Part shown: positions 52,645-64,000 of the stretch, piece after piece | How the letters are laid out: the number at the start of each line of letters is the position of its first letter | Position numbering within the stretch: the stretch's first letter is position 1 | DNA from: Lytechinus pictus | Lineage: Eukaryota | NCBI RefSeq assembly: GCF_037042905.1 | Contig: NC_087245.1 | Coordinates: 29,638,001-29,702,000, forward strand | Length of the DNA stretch: 64,000 nt | Reading direction: 5' to 3' | The notes under the pieces: generated by a model | What the model was told of the DNA's origin: nothing | Databases searched by the model: none | What the model saw: only the letters and a program-made list of their open reading frames with translations | Position numbers and translations under genes: made by a program

Positions 52645-53692
52645 CTGTCAGAAATATTCCTCCCATTAGGGCCAATATTCATGCAAAATCAGCTTTTACT
52701 AAAAAAGAAAACTATACCTTCATAACTTATGGAACATCTCTAGTATCCCATTCTGAGATATCAAATATAATGTAAAGATAAAACAGAAAATTATTGATTC
52801 ACACATGGTCAAGTGAATGTCAATTAAAATGGGAAATATTTCTAATAAACTAAAGTTAGATAGATGAAACTCTCTATCTCTCTCATTCATCAGGACCACG
52901 TAACATAAAGCTTAGCGATTAATCCTGGCGCTGATACTATAATTGATTGAATTGATTATTGTGTATGATCAGTCATAAAAACCAGCATTGTGATCAATTG
53001 CTAAGCTTTGGGTTCCAGGCACCTCGTGTGCTATGAGCTGGAGAGAGATAGTTATCACTAATAATAATTGTGGTCATTATAATTACTCTACCCCACCTTT
53101 GATAATAAGACCAAATGTACGATCATTACTTGGTTTATACAGAAAGGGCATTGCTCACACATTCAAACATGCAGATAAGAGCCCTTTTGATGCTGATACC
53201 ATCTATAATTGGAGATATAATATAATAATGTGGCATGTACATGTAGTATACCTTAGAGATGTCATGGGGAAGGTTTTTGGACATTTGTCAGAGAACAATA
53301 GCTCTATATTGGATAATGATGTGGCTTCATACCACCAAGTGGGTGATAGAGTGAGAGCTATTGACATATTGGATAGACTTCATACATCATCAATTCTCGA
53401 TGGAAGTTTAATCATTCTTATATCTAAATTAATTTGTACGTATAAAGTGAATATAATAGCAGGATAGAGCCTGTTTTAGAAGGAAATTACACAGGGGCTC
53501 AAGGCATCAGTCTAATTGAGAACATTAAATCTTAAACGAGCATAACTGATCAGAAAAGGACAATGGCCTTTATAGAACCTCATCCACTCCTCAATAAGCA
53601 ATGTATTAATTGTGCGCATGCATCCATCAACAAAATTTATGATCGATATCCACATTCAAGAGAAAATTTCACACTGGAAAGCATATTGGTAA

Positions 53693-54813
53693 CCCGGGGG
53701 GGGGGGGGGGGCACTCAAATTATTTTTTGATGGGATGTGCCTCACGGAACTCTGAAATGGGGGTCTAGGGAACTGACTAAAAGGGTGAAGAACGGGTCTT
53801 GGGAACTAATTATATACCGTGCGGTGTGAAAAACAGGGTCTACGGAAAGGGATTGCGGCACTGTAGGTACGTTGCACTATAGCGCTGTGCATGCGCTAGC
53901 CATGCATAGAGCGGCTACTACTAGGGAGTTGCAAAGCCTTACGTGCATCTCTCGCATGCGGTGCTTGCACTTAACAATTTTGGCAGGGCTTGGGAACTGA
54001 AATGTCTCGTAACAGGGGTCTTGCGAGCGGGGCTGGGTGGCTTCTGAACTTAACTATTGTCATTCAGAGTATCTAGAGAACTGAAAATTAGGTCTGAAAA
54101 AAGGGGTCATCAAAGCGGCACATCCCTGTACCACCAATATACAGTTGGGCCAATAGTTTACATACATGTACACCCATGTTATTCAGTGAAATTTGTTTGC
54201 TTGCCAAACATTGTAAAATTTACTATATCTTCAGAAATATAAATATGACCCTGACAAATTTGGTGTCAAATGAAAGAGCACATTAAGTTCTTTCACATGA
54301 TAGGGAAGTCATTGGGATTACAGTATATTTCAGGTGGAATTTTCTTTGAAGAAAAAAGTAATATTCGTGCCAAATGTATTGTATTGTTTTTTATTTTTTC
54401 AAACATTGTTTCATAGAAATATATAAATGTCAAATCTGTGATTTATATTACATTTTCTATCATGACATGTCACCACTGAACAAAAAGTGTAATCTTAAAT
54501 GTTTGTGTTGAGAAGTATCTAGCACAAATATGAAATGTTTTTGTCAAGTTTTTATTTTTAATTTGTCTAAAATATGAAGATTTTTTGGAAAAAGGACAGC
54601 TAAATATTTTTCAGCTCCTGATGACAAAGCAATGTGAGGAAGGGGCATGACATACTTGTCTGTTTGATATCAAATTCATCATGATAGCACAAATATTTTA
54701 TAAGATACAGTAAATTTTATGACGTTTGGCAAGTGTCAACTTTTCTTTGTATTTCTTGGGTGTATGTAAACTTCTGGCCTCAACTGTATGTGAGTGCCCC
54801 CCCCCCCTCCGGG
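53693..54813. mobile_element. CCCGGG-ended non-autonomous DNA element with nested Tc1-like insert
   Basis: TIRs cccggg(g)n gcactca / tgagtg(c)n..ccggg; perfect 8-bp TSD attggtaa. Confidence 0.85.
54142..54786 (+). mobile_element. Tc1/mariner-type non-autonomous element, copy 2
   Basis: ta|cagttgggccaatagtttacatac ... gtatgtaaacttctggcctcaactg|ta; homologous to 33792-34378. Confidence 0.9.
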
Positions 54814-55131
54814 ATTGGTAAGCCAGGGTATACTACTTTGACAGAATAATGACCTTGGAGGACTATTATTGAATTACACAGCTTATGCCTCTGGTAAACC
54901 GCCTGTATAATGATGACCATTCTAAGAATCACATACTGTCACCAAAACTACACATGTAGCAGAGAAGAAACAAGAAATTCTTTTAGAGTGCCTTCACCTT
55001 TTTTTATGATCTGCGATATTCATCATACTCAATGAAATGCCTCTACTCTATAAGATTTACAGAGAAGTGTCATATTCCATTCTCTTACCAATAACAATAT
55101 TACTAAATAGGTTCATTATTGCGGACTGAAA

Positions 55132-55860
55132 TAATCGCTACAGGGTATTCATTTGTCTCGCAATCTACTATGGTCAACAAGGAAATTCGTGATCACTCTC
55201 GCAAAAAGTGTTCACTAGCTTTCTAGGAAATTCGTGATCTCTCTCGCAAAAAGTGTTCACTAGCTTACAAGTTCACGAGCTTTCGAGTGCCACTGCAACT
55301 CTTTATCAAGTGACGAAAATTATCTGATAACGTAGTCTATTTATACCAATCCCCAGGACCGTACGCACGAACGCGGGAACAATAGATGGGCACTGATCCG
55401 TTGTGTGATTGGTTGGGCGTTTCACCAATCAGTGCGTCGGTGTACGGTGCGGCCGGTGATCTGTATATGCAAACAAGCCTGAGGTATATGCAAATATGCC
55501 GCAAATAAGACAAAATTGGCGGGCTCGCCAGTTTCCTGTGGGTGGGGGTTGACTAGCTGAGTGGTCCCTCGATCGGGGCTGGGAACGATCGGGTCGGCGT
55601 GCACTGCCAGGTAAGGGGGTATTGTGCTGTCGGATGGTTCGCATCCAGAAATCGGGATGTCGATCCCGCTGTCTCTTGTCGTCACTTGATAAAGAGTTGC
55701 AGCGGCACTCGAAAGCTTGTGAACTTGTAAGCTAGTGAACATTTTTTGCGAGAGTGATCACGAATTTCCTAGAAAGCTAGTCACTTTTTGCGAGAGTGAT
55801 CACGAATTTCCTTGTTGACCATAGTAGATTGCGAGACAAATGAATACCCTCTAGCGATTA
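55132..55860. mobile_element. Foldback/MULE-like element with ~185-bp TIRs
   Basis: 55132-55316 is a near-perfect reverse complement of 55679-55860; each arm has an internal ~45-bp tandem duplication. Confidence 0.9.
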
Positions 55861-56145
55861 ATAACAATATTGATTAATTAAGAATACTCCTGAAATGTCT
55901 TCACTTTATAACGATTTAAGGCGAAAAAAATCATGTTCACCTTCTTTTGCTGACAATAGTATTAATCAAGAATACTCTATAGAACGCCTGCACTTTTGAG
56001 GAGAAAAATTCTGTTCGTTTCTCGCTTACCAACAATATTATTTATCAAGAATACTACTGAAATTCCTCAAATTCATTAGAATTAAGGAGATGAAATAAGT
56101 TCCATCTTGCCAACAATATTATTTAATGAAGTATACTCCTGACAA
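55861..56145. repeat. Degenerate ~80-88-bp tandem repeat, continuing left of the foldback at ~55020-55101
   Basis: aagaatactc...acaatatt units starting near 55880, 55968, 56047 and 56129. Confidence 0.65.
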
Positions 56146-56700
56146 TCTGAGAAAATAAATCCCATTCACATGCCAGTCAGGAATCAAGTATACCTCGTTG
56201 AATTGAAAAAGAAAAAAAATGCAGAGAATCCAAACGCGACTACCTATGAAAACAAGGCTCGTTTTGACACAAAGAGAAACCATAAGAGCATGAAATGCTG
56301 CAAAAGCCCATGCAGGTACAGGGAAACGTGTAGAACTACATAATACATTAGCATTTCCATGGAGATGACGGTAATCATAAAAAACAGGCAGCATGTCTTT
56401 TGCACGCATTTGTGTTTTTGTTGGAATTCAAACAAATGGATAAAGTCTTGACTTTCATTTTGTTACTTGATAGATGAATGCTTAAATGACACACCACACA
56501 TACTTCTAAGCATTACCCTTTCTTTTGTAATAAAATTACTTTTATTTCCAACTGATCGTCAAAATTTGTCACATGTAAAAATGTTTAGAACCTGCATACA
56601 GAATATAAGGAAAGCAGTTTAACTTACACACAAACAGGCAAAAGTGAGTAAAGGTAAGACAACAACCTGAAACTGTAATCTGACATAGCCAGCAAGATCG

Positions 56701-56856
56701 GGATCCCGTTGCATCAAAGTTACTATTCTGGTAACTTTGCCATCCAATAGTAACTACCATGATATCCTTGATTTTGATTGGCTGTTGAGCATTGTTATTG
56801 GTAGTTACAATTGGATGGCAAAGATACCACAATAGTAACTTTTATGCAACAGGGTC
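56701..56856. mobile_element. Harbinger-like MITE
   Basis: Arms gttgcat(c)aaagttactatt / aatagtaacttttatgcaac and tgccatccaat / attggatggca. Confidence 0.8.
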
Positions 56857-59326
56857 CAGAACTTCAGAAGTGATGAGCAAAAAACTTTTGCTTTTGAGCA
56901 AAAAAACCCAACTTTTTATCGAATGTTTTCGTTTGCAATCCTTTTATTTCAAGAAAAATGATAAAAGGGAAACATTCAAGGAATGGGACAGACTGAAATG
57001 CCTACCCAGCTTACGCACACGCGCCAAACACCATTCTTTAATACTAGACGTACATGCCACTGCATATTAAACCTCTTCCATCAATTTATTAAAAAAATAA
57101 ATTTGGGGGCCCCCTGTAGCTTGACTTCACCATCATGAACAAACTCTACATACAGGCCTGACAATAAGTTAACGTTTATCTACTCCATATAAATACAAAA
57201 AAAAAATGTTTATCTACTCGTTACATCATCTCTGCAGGGGACTTCTAACCTTTATCGGCTCTCCTGAACCTTGTCTTATAGCGTTACATTTCATTAACCA
57301 TCAAGGAGTGTTCTCTCCCTTCTCTCTGTTTTTCTATGCCACTTCTTTAACAAACCATGAAATTGAACCACTGTTGTTCTGTTCCGCACATTACCATGAC
57401 CCTAATTTCATTGGCATTATTTTTCTGACATCCATCCACACAGGTGATATATTAAACTCAGAAAGGTATCTGCTCAAAACTACACGTGCACTATACAGAA
57501 CAGGTATGCAATTCAACGCAAATACGATCTGGGGGGTGTATGACAAAGATTTAAGTATGACTTAAATGCCTAGTTGCGTGAGTTATAAAAGGCATGACCG
57601 CATTGGAAAATTACTTGGTCACGCGTGTGTACAGCAATATATTTGACTGCCCCCCCCCCCCGGGCCATTCGGTCAATTCCTGCAAGCAAAGGGACTCTCA
57701 TCGACTCAACTGACAAGGGCAAATTTGTTATTGCCTCTATTTTGCCACTTATCTGATTATCATACAGCCAGATGAGCAAAATAATTCATTAACTTCACAG
57801 CATTTAAGTCCATGTTTAATTACACTGTTTTAACACAACAATCTCACACTTCAAAGATGTTTAATTCAAATCACCATTGCATGTATTGGTCATAAAATAA
57901 ACATCCAAGAAAATGATATTATGCACCTAAATTCTAAACTTTCAAATAATGACTTCTGTGACCCCTACATGTTGACCCTGTGAATGACCAAAATAAAAAT
58001 AATCTGATCCGAAGTCATGAACCAGGTTTAAAATTGATCTGAAAATGAGACTGAAGGATGGATGGAGAGCCCAAAATCATAATACCTCTCACAATCATGC
58101 ATGGTAGACGGAGGCATAAACATTGGAAGATAAACGGTAAAAGAAGACAAAGATGTCAGTTATCATTCCTCTACCTCTCTTTTTGTTTCTTTTTTAGTAG
58201 GGCATGCATTGCCTTCTATCGATATAATGGTGAAAAGTACTTATGACAATGCCCTTTATTAAAGTACATGTTCAAACATGTATGGATCTTTGTCTTCTCC
58301 TGCACTTAATAACTATAAAGGCAATATATTACTAACGGGAAAATGAATAATTTGATAGCAATAAATGACCATTGCAGCTAGAGAGGAAATAAAAAGCCAA
58401 TGAAATATATCTTGTATTCAGATGTGACCTTCAAATCTTCCCATTCTCAATTCCCCTTCCCGCATCATGTCCACTGCTATAACCTTCACTATGGCAATGA
58501 CAATTATTGACAATATATGTATTGACAAAAATCAACTTGCATAAAACATTAATTTGTAATGGTTATCTTTCAGTGCATGGCTATTATCATTTAGGGCGCA
58601 TGGAGGTATCCTCCCTGTATATCATGGAGCTAATTAGAATTAGTGGCTTATGACCGCGGATGCTTTGCCAATTTCCGCCGATTACTCCTCAACGCCCTAC
58701 ACCCAAGGACGAATGATAGATATATCTGCAAACGGGATGACCATGACTTACGACCTACCTTCCCCCATATATCAAAGCATCAGCATCCTAATCACCAGCT
58801 TTCAAATTTTATTATGGTGAAAAATAAACTTGAATGAATGAAAAGTTTAGTTTACAAACGTTTCCATCATAGTCAGAGCTTTGAAAGAGAGAAAGGGTGA
58901 ACTTGGGCTTTGAATAGCTTGGTGGGGGAGATCTGAGGTTATTATATTGTCAGATATGACGATTGGGGCTATTAGTGGATGGTTGGTTGGTTTAATACCA
59001 AAGTGAAATAGTGACCGAAAATTGAAGAAATATTGTCAATAAAAAGATATTGAAGCATGCGCAAAGCACTTAAACAACTTTTAATTACTGATACAATCAT
59101 AAAACAGTTGAAAAAATAACTTTTTGTTACAAAACTATTGAAAGATAAAACTGAAAAAAATTGTTGTTTTCTCTGCGATATCTCTCATGAACAAAAACAA
59201 GCAAATTTGTGAAATACATAATTTTGATTGACAGGCAGCATTAAAAGGAACAAGAAAATTCAGTTGCTCTCTACCCAGGGAAGGCTTAAATAGAAGAAAA
59301 ATCACCTATTAGTACAATTATTCCTG

Positions 59327-59578
59327 AACTGTAAAAATTTGGGTGGTAATAGGAAGTGCAGTTGGTGTCCCAAGAGGGTCACACCCTGAGAGGTTTTGAA
59401 TTACACCCTTGAGATTGAACTTACATGTACTCTACCAAAGGGTTTAAAAGTTACAACCAAAGGTGTTGTAATAACACTGCCGGGTAGTGCACTAACACCG
59501 CAGATTGAAAGCTTAAGTGAAATGTCTGGTATGGTGTTGTACATGTAGATACCCCAGTCAACACCAGTTTTTGTTGTG
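59327..59578. mobile_element. CACTA-like MITE
   Basis: actgtaaaaa ... acaccagtttttgttgtg; similar to 46774-47023. Confidence 0.55.
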
Positions 59579-60919
59579 TGTATCTCATACTTGCAAGCGA
59601 CTATGCAAAATCCGTTTAGAAGCGTTGTATCATTCAAGTGTGGTCAATAAATACTTGGTAACTTAATAAAAAAAAATCATTTAAGTCATTGATATCAGCC
59701 ATTATCCTATGTATATACAGATTACAGTGACTGTAATACTACTACTAGTAACAATTCTGATCAGCCATAGTCAGCAGAGGCGCCAAAGACAATAAAATAT
59801 GCATGTCTACGCTACAGTAAAATAATTATTATCTCTAAGACAAAAAGGCAGGCATGTCTACAGTGGTATTTAATTATAAAGAGTTTCTCATCTCAAAGCT
59901 AATTCTAAAAATGAAGTTAGTGTGAATGCGCCCTTTGTAGAAATCCATGGAGCATATTTCTGTGGTACATGATGAAAGAATTTTCAGCAAAATGTATGAG
60001 TATTGGACCCCACCCTTTAAACAAGTGAAAATGGGGTGCATTGTGCCATCAGAGTCAGTGACTTGTACACTTGACCTACAGCGGTATACATAACAAAAAT
60101 GGGTTGACGAACTTGTGAGGTTATGGAAATTGTGCAAAAGAAATTTGATTATTTTCAATACACATGGACATGTCAGTGGTGATGGATCTTCCAGGACTGT
60201 AGGATACTGTGCATTCCAATTCAATGAAGGGTCTATTATTAAGTTTTATGCTATAAACAGCACCATTTTGATTGAAGAGATAATTGATGACTTGAGCTGA
60301 TCATATATAAATGAGAAATGAGTGGTTCATTTTATTTCATAACAAAGCAATAAAATTCAGCAAACCTTATCATACCGGTACTTTTGAAATATCGCAGTGA
60401 TATAAGCATAATTTTGTGAACACAAATTTGCGTATAATGTGCATACCAAAGCTTCAAAAGCTACATGTAGGGGGGTTTCGGGGGGGGGGGGGGGGGGTAT
60501 TTGAAATTTAATTCCAGTCACAAGCATCCCATTACTCAAATATTAAAATAACATGTCTGTGTTCCAAGTACATGTAGTTACTAATTGTTTCCAGTAGACT
60601 TACATTTTTACACTAGAGGGGTTTCCTCCGAAGTGAATACAATTTCCAATGTTGCTATGCCAACAGCAGATCTGTAGAAGCATATCTAATATTCATGAAA
60701 AGACTACAAATAAAACATCGACTATATGCACTTAATTCACTGTATTATGATACATGCATTTAATGGTTGAAACATGAGTCTCGTATCAGGGAAGCAGAGG
60801 AAAATATAAAGATGTCTCAAATTTCTAAATATATTTAAATGTATATTTTTCTTTTTTATATTTAAACATCATTATAAAGAAGACTCCAAAGCAATCTAAA
60901 CGGGCAGGTTGGCAATATA

Positions 60920-61178
60920 CACAGCAAAAATTGTGGTGTTGATTGTTTTTGATTGGTGTACATTGAGAACCACACCAGTCATTTGAATCTCGTGTTAAAT
61001 TCTTGGTGTCAGTTCAACACCTACAGGTGTTATTACAACACCTTTTGTTGTTACTTTGTCTCTCTTTGGTATTAATGTTCAATCTACATACTAGGATGTA
61101 ATATCAACATATCAAGGTGTAGTCTTCAATGGACACCAACTGGTGTCAGTTTATTTAAAGACCCCAGATTTTACAGTG
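60920..61178. mobile_element. CACTA-like MITE (opposite orientation to 46774)
   Basis: cacagcaaaaa ... gattttacagtg termini, ggtgtt/aacacc motifs. Confidence 0.65.
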
Positions 61179-62340
61179 TTCTGCATGCATTATTTTGCCA
61201 AGACACTCACCATCAATCTTGAGCAAAAATTATTTTGTTGTACTTCAACACTTACAATATGTAAAACTCCTCTTCACAGCTTCGCCTCTTCATATTTTAC
61301 CCGGTTCGTATTTCTTCCTAGCTAGAACTCTGTTGTGAAGCTTGCGGGCCAGTGCAGAACAATGCTTTTGAAATGTTGTGCCCAAATTATAGTTCATTAA
61401 AATTTGGCAGGACAAATTATGGGGACAATTTCTGTTGTGAACTATTCATAAAACGTTCGCGACTTCATTGGGAGTAAAAAAAAAAATGTACAGGTTTCAC
61501 AGTGCATACTATTGTCTGCTTTGATCGAAACATATATTATCCTGCCTAATTGTTTCATAGTAATAATTTTTGTGGGTCAAATATGAAAACAAAGAACACC
61601 CCAAAAGAGAGGGGATGTCAAGATTAAACAACTGGCAACGAAAGACATGTATTCACACCCGCCAGATCAAGAAAAGTCACTTTAAACAGCAATATGGCGA
61701 TATTGAAATGGATTTGATGAAACGTATTGATCCCTAACAGTGATAGCTTCATATCACAATTCATTACAATAATGTTAGTTTCTGGGGTAAAGATATCAGA
61801 CCTTATACTTCTTCCCGTAAAAACACCTTCTATACAAACACTGCTTCTGCACCAGACTGCATTGATCGATGTAGCACTACCGAAACTTCAGCAAATACTC
61901 GATTTAATAACTACTTCAAACACTCCTATGTTTGGGAAGCAGAAGCTGAATAGGGGTGGATGGAGACAAAACACCATGACAAGCTTAAAACCCTAAGATA
62001 TCCCCTTCCATAACTACTGAAGATTACAGAGCCTGGAACTAACATTCACAGTAACCTGTATCTATCGTTGACATGTTAAAGTAAATTTGTGAGATGAATA
62101 CATGGTTACAGTTTCCTATCATTTTGTTTGCAGTAGCCCCTCTTTTTGTAACTCAGGGAGCATTGTTTGCATTGAGAGAAATCTACAACACTATAAAACT
62201 CTGTTGTATGATTTTAATGAAGTCCATTTCGGGCAAATAAAAGGACACAATTTTACAATTTAAATTGTCTTCTCTTTGGGGATGACTCGGTAGTAGAACG
62301 CCCATTTCATGAACGGAAGGCTGCAGGCTCAATTCCTGTC

Positions 62341-62973
62341 CAGTTCACCCCAACAAAAAGTTGATTTGAATAAGAGAAAAATCCAACAAGCATTACATTA
62401 AAAATTTCATCAAAATCGGATGTAAAATAAGAAAGTATTGACATTTTCAGGTTTCCCTTAATTTCACAAAACAGTTATATGCACATCCTGGTCAGTATGC
62501 AAATGAGCAGACTGATGACATCACCAACTCACTATTTATTTTGTATTTCATTGTATGAAATACAACTACATTTCATACATGAAATACATTTTTAAAATTC
62601 TAATTTTCTCCTCATTGTCATATAAAACAAAAATGTATTCCTCCCTGAACTTGTGGCATTAACCATTATTTTAACAGTTTATGGTGAAGTTAAGTTGGTC
62701 TCTATTGCCAAATCTGTAAAAATTGAAATATTGTATAATTCAAATAATAAAAAACAAAAGAAAAAGTGAGTGAGGAATATCATTGACTCTTATTTGCATA
62801 TCACTGACTTGTGCATATAACTGTTTGGCGAAAAATAGGCTAAGCGAAAATTTAAAATGTAATAACTTTCTTATTTTACATCCGATATTGATGAAATTTT
62901 CAGCGTTATGCTTGTTTGATTTTTGTCTATCGATTAAAATCAACAATTTTCTGGGGTGGACTTGATCTATTAA
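62341..62973. mobile_element. Long-TIR non-autonomous element, Kolobok-like
   Basis: ~100-bp TIRs (agttcacccca...aaaatttcatcaaaatcggatgtaaaataagaaagt and reverse complement); ends at TTAA. Confidence 0.75.
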
Positions 62974-64000
62974 GACTAAAAGAAATCGGATCTTCTGTCT
63001 CAATGAAGAAGGGTAAATATAATGTGCATCTTCTTTAAAGCAAATTGCTCTGACGTTTGAGTCGTAATTTCTTGAATGTATTGCCATGCTTGTATAAAAC
63101 AAACTGTTCTACGATGAGTTGACATTTGAATGAGCATTACCTTAAAATGAAATAATTCATTGCAAGCAAACAAAAATCATTTATCACATTGAAACACTTC
63201 ATTTTATTGGAAAATCAAACTTCCAAATATTCATTTCTTCAACACTTCAAGTTACATTTTTCTTATGTAAAATAGTCATTGATTTCACAAAATCGATATT
63301 ACAGGAATAATCCAAACTTATCCTCTTTATATTGTGTTGCACAGACACTGCTGTTTTTTTTTCTTTGTGTAAACACACCTCACAGATTGCTAAATGTTAT
63401 TTGATGTTGACCATGCACTAGAGATGTGTCTACACTATGCTTGGAGCAGTCTGCTGGATGGTATGAATACTACAGAAAAGAAACAGACTACAAATAAAAT
63501 AATCCCTGACCAAATAAAGATGCAAAAGATTTTGGGATCTAAGGAAACTATAATCCTCTACTAGACAAGAAAGAACAGGTTTTTCTAAAATGAATTTCTC
63601 AAACAAAATTTAAAAAGTATTTTAAAAATAGTCAAAGCTATCAACTAATATTTCTTGCCTTAATCTTTTCAAAGGTAGCAAGTTTTTTTCTACAGTGGTC
63701 CCTTCAAATATGCTCCATCAAAAGTGAAGTTCATTTGAATTTAATCAAGTTCAGAATTCTCACTTAAACCTAAAATGCACTGCATACAGAATTGGCAACA
63801 AACCTTTAGTCTCTACAGACTTCAAATGAAAAAATCCCAGAATACGTAAAGAAACTGATTTTGGGATCTAGAAACTATAAACCTATAATGAATATAAATG
63901 GAAACCAGACTTTTCTCTGTATAACTGAATTTTTCAAAGTTACAATTCATAGAGAAATCCTTTCATGATGAAAGGTGATGTTTTTTCCTTTCATTAATAA

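Noticed and set aside
53033..53467. 144-aa plus-strand ORF
   Set aside because: No recognisable domain, no coding-like composition and no splice signals; compatible with chance.

Overview
AT-rich, intron-rich animal genomic DNA; the repeat families look echinoderm/sea-urchin-like, which is inference from style and not proven. The main content is one multi-exon gene on the minus strand encoding a class II DYRK kinase, best matching DYRK4. I traced 13 coding exons by hand from 37162 down to the TAG at 25370. All introns are GT-AG with consistent phases, giving 2076 nt, or 691 aa plus stop. The start-codon exon is uncertain, with phase-compatible candidates at 39051-39068 and 43531-43563. Downstream (about 18.1-25.4 kb) is a nearly transposon-free AT-rich stretch that looks like a long 3' UTR with a ~99-bp tandem repeat. 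The rest is dense with non-autonomous DNA transposons (P-like with 7-bp TSDs, hAT-like, Tc1-like, PIF/Harbinger-like, Kolobok-like, CACTA-like, a foldback), several nested inside each other, plus tRNA-derived SINEs and microsatellites. I saw no transposase ORF, rRNA, real tRNA or CRISPR array, and no clearly new biological system. The best leads are a poly-His tail on a DYRK4, a duplicated decoy splice acceptor, MITE-borne RFX/CCAAT motifs and a foldback element with a promoter-like core.
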